Source of the DNA: an uncultured Candidatus Saccharibacteria bacterium
GTDB taxonomy: Bacteria; Patescibacteriota; Minisyncoccia; Phycocordibacterales; UBA9973
Assembly: GCA_964522195.1 (NCBI GenBank)
Contig: CAZFSV010000001.1
Coordinates: forward strand, 44,680-108,679
Length of the DNA stretch: 64,000 nt
Direction: 5' to 3'
Part shown: piece by piece, positions 60,493 to 64,000 of the stretch
Layout: each line of letters opens with the position of its first letter
How positions within the stretch are numbered: the first letter of the stretch is position 1
Position numbers and translations under genes: made by a program
Notes under the pieces: generated by a model
Databases searched by the model: none
Seen by the model: only the letters and a program-made list of their open reading frames with translations
Told to the model about the DNA's origin: nothing

Positions 60493-62713
60493 TATGAGAT
60501 TACTTGATTTAGAAGTAAATGGTTTTAAATCTTTCGCAAAAAAAACAAATTTAGAATTTAATACAAGAATTGTTGCTATTGTTGGCCCAAATGGTTCTGG
60601 TAAATCAAATGTGGTTGAAGCGTTTCGTTTTGTTTTAGGTGAACAGTCTATGAAATCTATGCGCGGTCGCGGAGGTGCAGATCTTATTTTTAAAGGTTCA
60701 AAAGATTTACCAAAAGGAACAAAGGCTAGTGCTACTATTTATTTTAATAATTCTGACAGAGTTTTTAAATTATCTTCTGATAATGGGGAAGAAATGAATT
60801 TAAATTTTGATACTATTTCAATTACTCGCGAAGTTTATATAGATGGTTTAAATAAATATATTTTAAATGGAAGTGAAGTTCGCTTGAAAGATATTCACAA
60901 TCTACTTGCTTCTTTAAATATTGGTTCTTCTGGGCACCATATCATTTCTCAAGGAGAAGCTGATAGGATACTTAATGCAAATGCAAAAGAAAAAAGAGAA
61001 ATGATAGAGGACGCTTTAGGTCTTAAAGTTTTTCAATATAAAATAAAAGAATCTACTCGTAAGCTTGAAAGATCTAATGAAAATTTAAAAGAAGTTATTT
61101 TACTTAAAAGAGAAAATGCTCCACATTTAGCTTATTTAAAAAAACAAATTGAAAAATTTGAAAAAATTAAAGAATTAAAAGAAGAGTTAATAAATCTGTA
61201 TAATGAATTCCTGTCTAAGGAAAGTGTTTATATACAAAAGCAAAAAATTTCTTTAAATCAAGAAAAAGAAATTTTAAAAAAAGAAGTTCACGAAACTAGT
61301 CTTTTGATTAATCAAATTTCTATTGGAGAAAATATAGAAAATCCAAAATTAGAAGAATTAAAAAAAATAGAAAATGACTTGAATTCTTTGCGTAGGGTAA
61401 AAAGTGAAATTGAGCGCAAATTAGGAAGAATGGAAGGCATGATTGAATCTCGAAAATGGAAGCAAGATGAAGTAAAAAATGTAAAAGTTTTTAATCAAGA
61501 TGAAATTCAAAATATTATTTTTGAAGTTGATTCTTATATTAATGAAGCTTTAAATCAGGATGATTTAAATAATATTAAAAATATTTTAAGAAATATCAAA
61601 AATATTTTTATAAAATTAAATAAAGAAGAAAATAATACCATAAATCATGATTTGGAAATTAAAGAATTAGAAAATGATTATAAACAAGTTCTCTCTGAAT
61701 TAGAATTTATTAAAAAAGACGAAGAAGAAAAATCTAAAATTATTCTTTCCTTAAAAGAAGATATTAACAAAGAAATGGAAGCTGGTATAGACAAAGAAAG
61801 AGAGCGTTTTGCTCTTAAGGTTAAATATCAAGAATTAAATTCAAAACTTTCTTTATGTGAAGTTAGATTAGAAAATCTGGCTCGCGAAATAGAACAATTT
61901 GAGAATGAAATTCGTGAAGGTGAAGTATTGATAGGTAATGATATTTATAAATTTAAAGATTTTAATATTGGTGGTGAAATAGATAAATCTATTCAAGATG
62001 ATTTAAAGAGAAGAATTGAGAGAATAAAAATTAAAATTGAAGACAGTGGACTAGGTAATTTAGATGAAACTTTAAAAGAATACAATACAGTAAATGAAAG
62101 AGATGTTTTCTTAATAAAAGAGATAGAAGATTTAACATCAAGTATATATTCTTTAGAGCAATTAATTTTAGATCTTAAAAATAAAATTGATATTGAGTTT
62201 AAAAATGGCATTAATAAAATTAATATTTATTTTAAAGAATTTTTTTCGCTTATGTTTGGAGGAGGAGATGCAAAAATAATCATTAGTCAAATTTCAAAAA
62301 AGAAAAAAGATATAGAAGAAGGGGATGAAATCATAGAAATTGAAGAAGAAGAAAAAGAAGAAGGAATAGAGATTGATGTATCTCTTCCTCATAAAAAAGT
62401 AAAAGAATTACATTCCCTTTCAGGAGGAGAAAGATCTCTTACTTCTATCGCACTTCTTTTTGCTATGTCATCTGTTAATCCACCACCTTTCTTAATCTTA
62501 GATGAAACCGACGCAGCCTTAGATGAAGCGAATTCTCGTCGCTACGGAGATATGCTTGAGAGATTAGGTAAAGGATCGCAACTAATCGTAGTTACTCACA
62601 ATAGAGAGACTATGTCGAGAGCAAATATTCTTTATGGAGTAACGGTTTCTTCCCAAGGAGCGTCTCAATTACTTTCTGTAAAATTTGACGAAGCTTCCGC
62701 TCTCGCAAAATAA
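60485..62713 (+). CDS. smc: SMC-family chromosome-condensation ATPase, unusually short (742 aa)
   Basis: N-terminal LEVNGFKSFAKKT...VGPNGSGKSNVVEAFRFVLGEQS; C-terminal LSGGERSLTSIALLFAM, LILDETDAALD; long coiled coil, no obvious hinge. Confidence 0.6.
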   Translation: MINMRLLDLEVNGFKSFAKKTNLEFNTRIVAIVGPNGSGKSNVVEAFRFVLGEQSMKSMRGRGGADLIFKGSKDLPKGTKASATIYFNNSDRVFKLSSDNGEEMNLNFDTISITREVYIDGLNKYILNGSEVRLKDIHNLLASLNIGSSGHHIISQGEADRILNANAKEKREMIEDALGLKVFQYKIKESTRKLERSNENLKEVILLKRENAPHLAYLKKQIEKFEKIKELKEELINLYNEFLSKESVYIQKQKISLNQEKEILKKEVHETSLLINQISIGENIENPKLEELKKIENDLNSLRRVKSEIERKLGRMEGMIESRKWKQDEVKNVKVFNQDEIQNIIFEVDSYINEALNQDDLNNIKNILRNIKNIFIKLNKEENNTINHDLEIKELENDYKQVLSELEFIKKDEEEKSKIILSLKEDINKEMEAGIDKERERFALKVKYQELNSKLSLCEVRLENLAREIEQFENEIREGEVLIGNDIYKFKDFNIGGEIDKSIQDDLKRRIERIKIKIEDSGLGNLDETLKEYNTVNERDVFLIKEIEDLTSSIYSLEQLILDLKNKIDIEFKNGINKINIYFKEFFSLMFGGGDAKIIISQISKKKKDIEEGDEIIEIEEEEKEEGIEIDVSLPHKKVKELHSLSGGERSLTSIALLFAMSSVNPPPFLILDETDAALDEANSRRYGDMLERLGKGSQLIVVTHNRETMSRANILYGVTVSSQGASQLLSVKFDEASALAK

Positions 62714-62727
62714 AATTTAAAAATAAA

Positions 62728-62762
62728 AAACCTGCAATTAAAAAATTAATTTGCAGGTTTTT
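62728..62762. terminator. Bidirectional terminator between smc and capA-like gene
   Basis: aacctgcaa-ttaaaaaattaat-ttgcaggttttttt. Confidence 0.7.
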
Positions 62763-63825
62763 TTCTTAGGTCTATTTTTTCTTCTTTGCCCTGAATTATT
62801 TTATCTGGTTGGAATAATTTATTTAATTTAACAGTATTCTTTTTATAATCAATACTACCATCACGCCAAAGTTTTAAATCAAGTAGCATTCCTTGCATAG
62901 TGTTTTCTGAAAAACCTTGATCAAAAATAAAATTACCTAAAGAATAAATTATTAAACTATCTTTATAAATCTCTGTATTTTGAATTACATGAGGGTGATG
63001 ACCTATGACTAACTTTGCCCCAGCGTCGACTGCTTTTTTTGCTAAAGTTTCTTGTCTTTTATTGTTTTTCGTTTTGTATTCGTCTCCCCAGTGAATAGAC
63101 ACTACTAGATAATCAACTTGAGCTTTTGCTTTTTTAATTATTTCTTCAAAGCGGGGATTGTTTGCAAGAAGTATTCCAACTTGATCTACTTTAGGCGTTA
63201 ACCCGTTTGGTCCAACATCAGAGAAAGCCAAGAATCCAATCCTCATATCGTATTTTTCTATTATTGTAGGGTTTTCTATATTGCTTGATAAACCAGCCCC
63301 AGCGTATAGAATTTCATTTTCGGTTAGTCTATCCATGGTATCTGATAAAGCTTCTCGTCCCCAATCCCCAGCATGATTATTAGCTAAAGATAGAATACTA
63401 AAATTTGCTCCCTTTAGAGCAGGGATAGTATCAGGATTCATTCTGAAAGAGTATAAGTTTTTTAAGTCGCGACCCTTATCCGAAGCTGGTCCTTCTAAGT
63501 TTCCAAATACAATATCTGATTTTTGTAGAACTTCTAAGTTAGTAAATAGCTTAGAATAATCTCCTAAAAAATTTTTATTAACAGAACTTCTAACTCCACG
63601 ATCAAGCATTATATCTCCCACAAAAGAAAAAGTTATATAATCAGGGTCTTTTATGCTCGGTATATTTAATTTTTCTTTTATCCAGTCTGCATAAGCATCA
63701 CTTTCACCCCCATAATAAACATTTTTATTTAAATATTTTAAAATATTTTCTACGTCACGAACACGATCATTTGAACGAAGTAAAACGATACCAATAGGGC
63801 GAGTTCCTTCTTTCCCTAATGGCAA
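62746..63825 (-). CDS. CapA/PgsA-family metallophosphoesterase (poly-gamma-glutamate capsule synthesis-like)
   Basis: Metallophosphatase motifs FVGDIM, GNLEGP, ANNHAGDWG, IGHHPHVIQ...YSLGNFIFDQ. Confidence 0.65.
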   Translation of the reverse strand: MPLGKEGTRPIGIVLLRSNDRVRDVENILKYLNKNVYYGGESDAYADWIKEKLNIPSIKDPDYITFSFVGDIMLDRGVRSSVNKNFLGDYSKLFTNLEVLQKSDIVFGNLEGPASDKGRDLKNLYSFRMNPDTIPALKGANFSILSLANNHAGDWGREALSDTMDRLTENEILYAGAGLSSNIENPTIIEKYDMRIGFLAFSDVGPNGLTPKVDQVGILLANNPRFEEIIKKAKAQVDYLVVSIHWGDEYKTKNNKRQETLAKKAVDAGAKLVIGHHPHVIQNTEIYKDSLIIYSLGNFIFDQGFSENTMQGMLLDLKLWRDGSIDYKKNTVKLNKLFQPDKIIQGKEEKIDLRKKPAN

Positions 63826-64000
63826 ATTAAATACTGAGATTACTGTTTGTTTTGCTGGATTAGTAAAACCACTTTTACCACCAATGTATTCTTTTTTATG
63901 TAAAAATTGATTTGTGCTAAACCAGTTATGATTTTTAATATTATAACTTCTCTTGCGACTTATTTCTAAAATATTTGATTTTTTCTGATATAAATATCCA

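Overview
This is a low-GC (~30% by eye) bacterial window with short intergenic spacers and compact housekeeping genes. A NusB-NUDIX fusion, a short SMC and a complete type IV pilus/competence cluster suggest a reduced-genome, possibly Patescibacteria/CPR-like organism; this is inference from gene content only. Core genes present are fusA (3' part), metG, tatD, recG, a soluble histidine kinase with two tandem receiver proteins, a malic enzyme, comF, pilM through pilD with pilins, ligA, truB, a UvrD-like helicase-nuclease, trhO, pheS, gyrB, thrS, rpmF, nusB-NUDIX, rnc, an SMC-like gene and a CapA-family gene. Two horizontally acquired regions sit at tRNA-Ser genes. Island 1 (~9.65-24.87 kb) abuts the 3' end of a minus-strand tRNA-Ser-like gene. 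It carries a three-gene cassette with two predicted PD-(D/E)xK-superfamily nucleases, a GC-rich structured repeat element and a ParB-nuclease/DNA-methyltransferase fusion. It also carries a four-gene operon: a small ORF, a Type III Mod, a Type III Res, and a 1030-aa PHP-phosphoesterase/SMC-like ABC-ATPase fusion (PplA-like). A large serine recombinase and a RecB-family-nuclease-like protein complete the island. Island 2 (~41.28-45.33 kb) lies between ligA and tRNA-Ser(GGA). It has a 2-kb cassette bounded by perfect 201-bp terminal inverted repeats (XRE regulator plus two unknown proteins). Next to it is a second large serine recombinase bounded by 121-bp inverted repeats. All four repeat ends carry degenerate tRNA-3'-end-like sequences, and a GIY-YIG gene overlaps the tRNA 5' end. 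A ~140-bp inverted repeat (promoter plus the first 9 codons, MKIHYRMET) occurs at 8.55 kb and 45.4 kb, bounding a 36.7-kb potentially invertible segment. An orphan 23S rRNA 5'-domain fragment lies at ~50.0-50.2 kb. The most promising candidates for undescribed systems are the Type III R-M/PHP-ATPase operon and the three-gene nuclease cassette. The recombinase-associated inverted-repeat cassette array at tRNA-Ser(GGA) is also worth follow-up.
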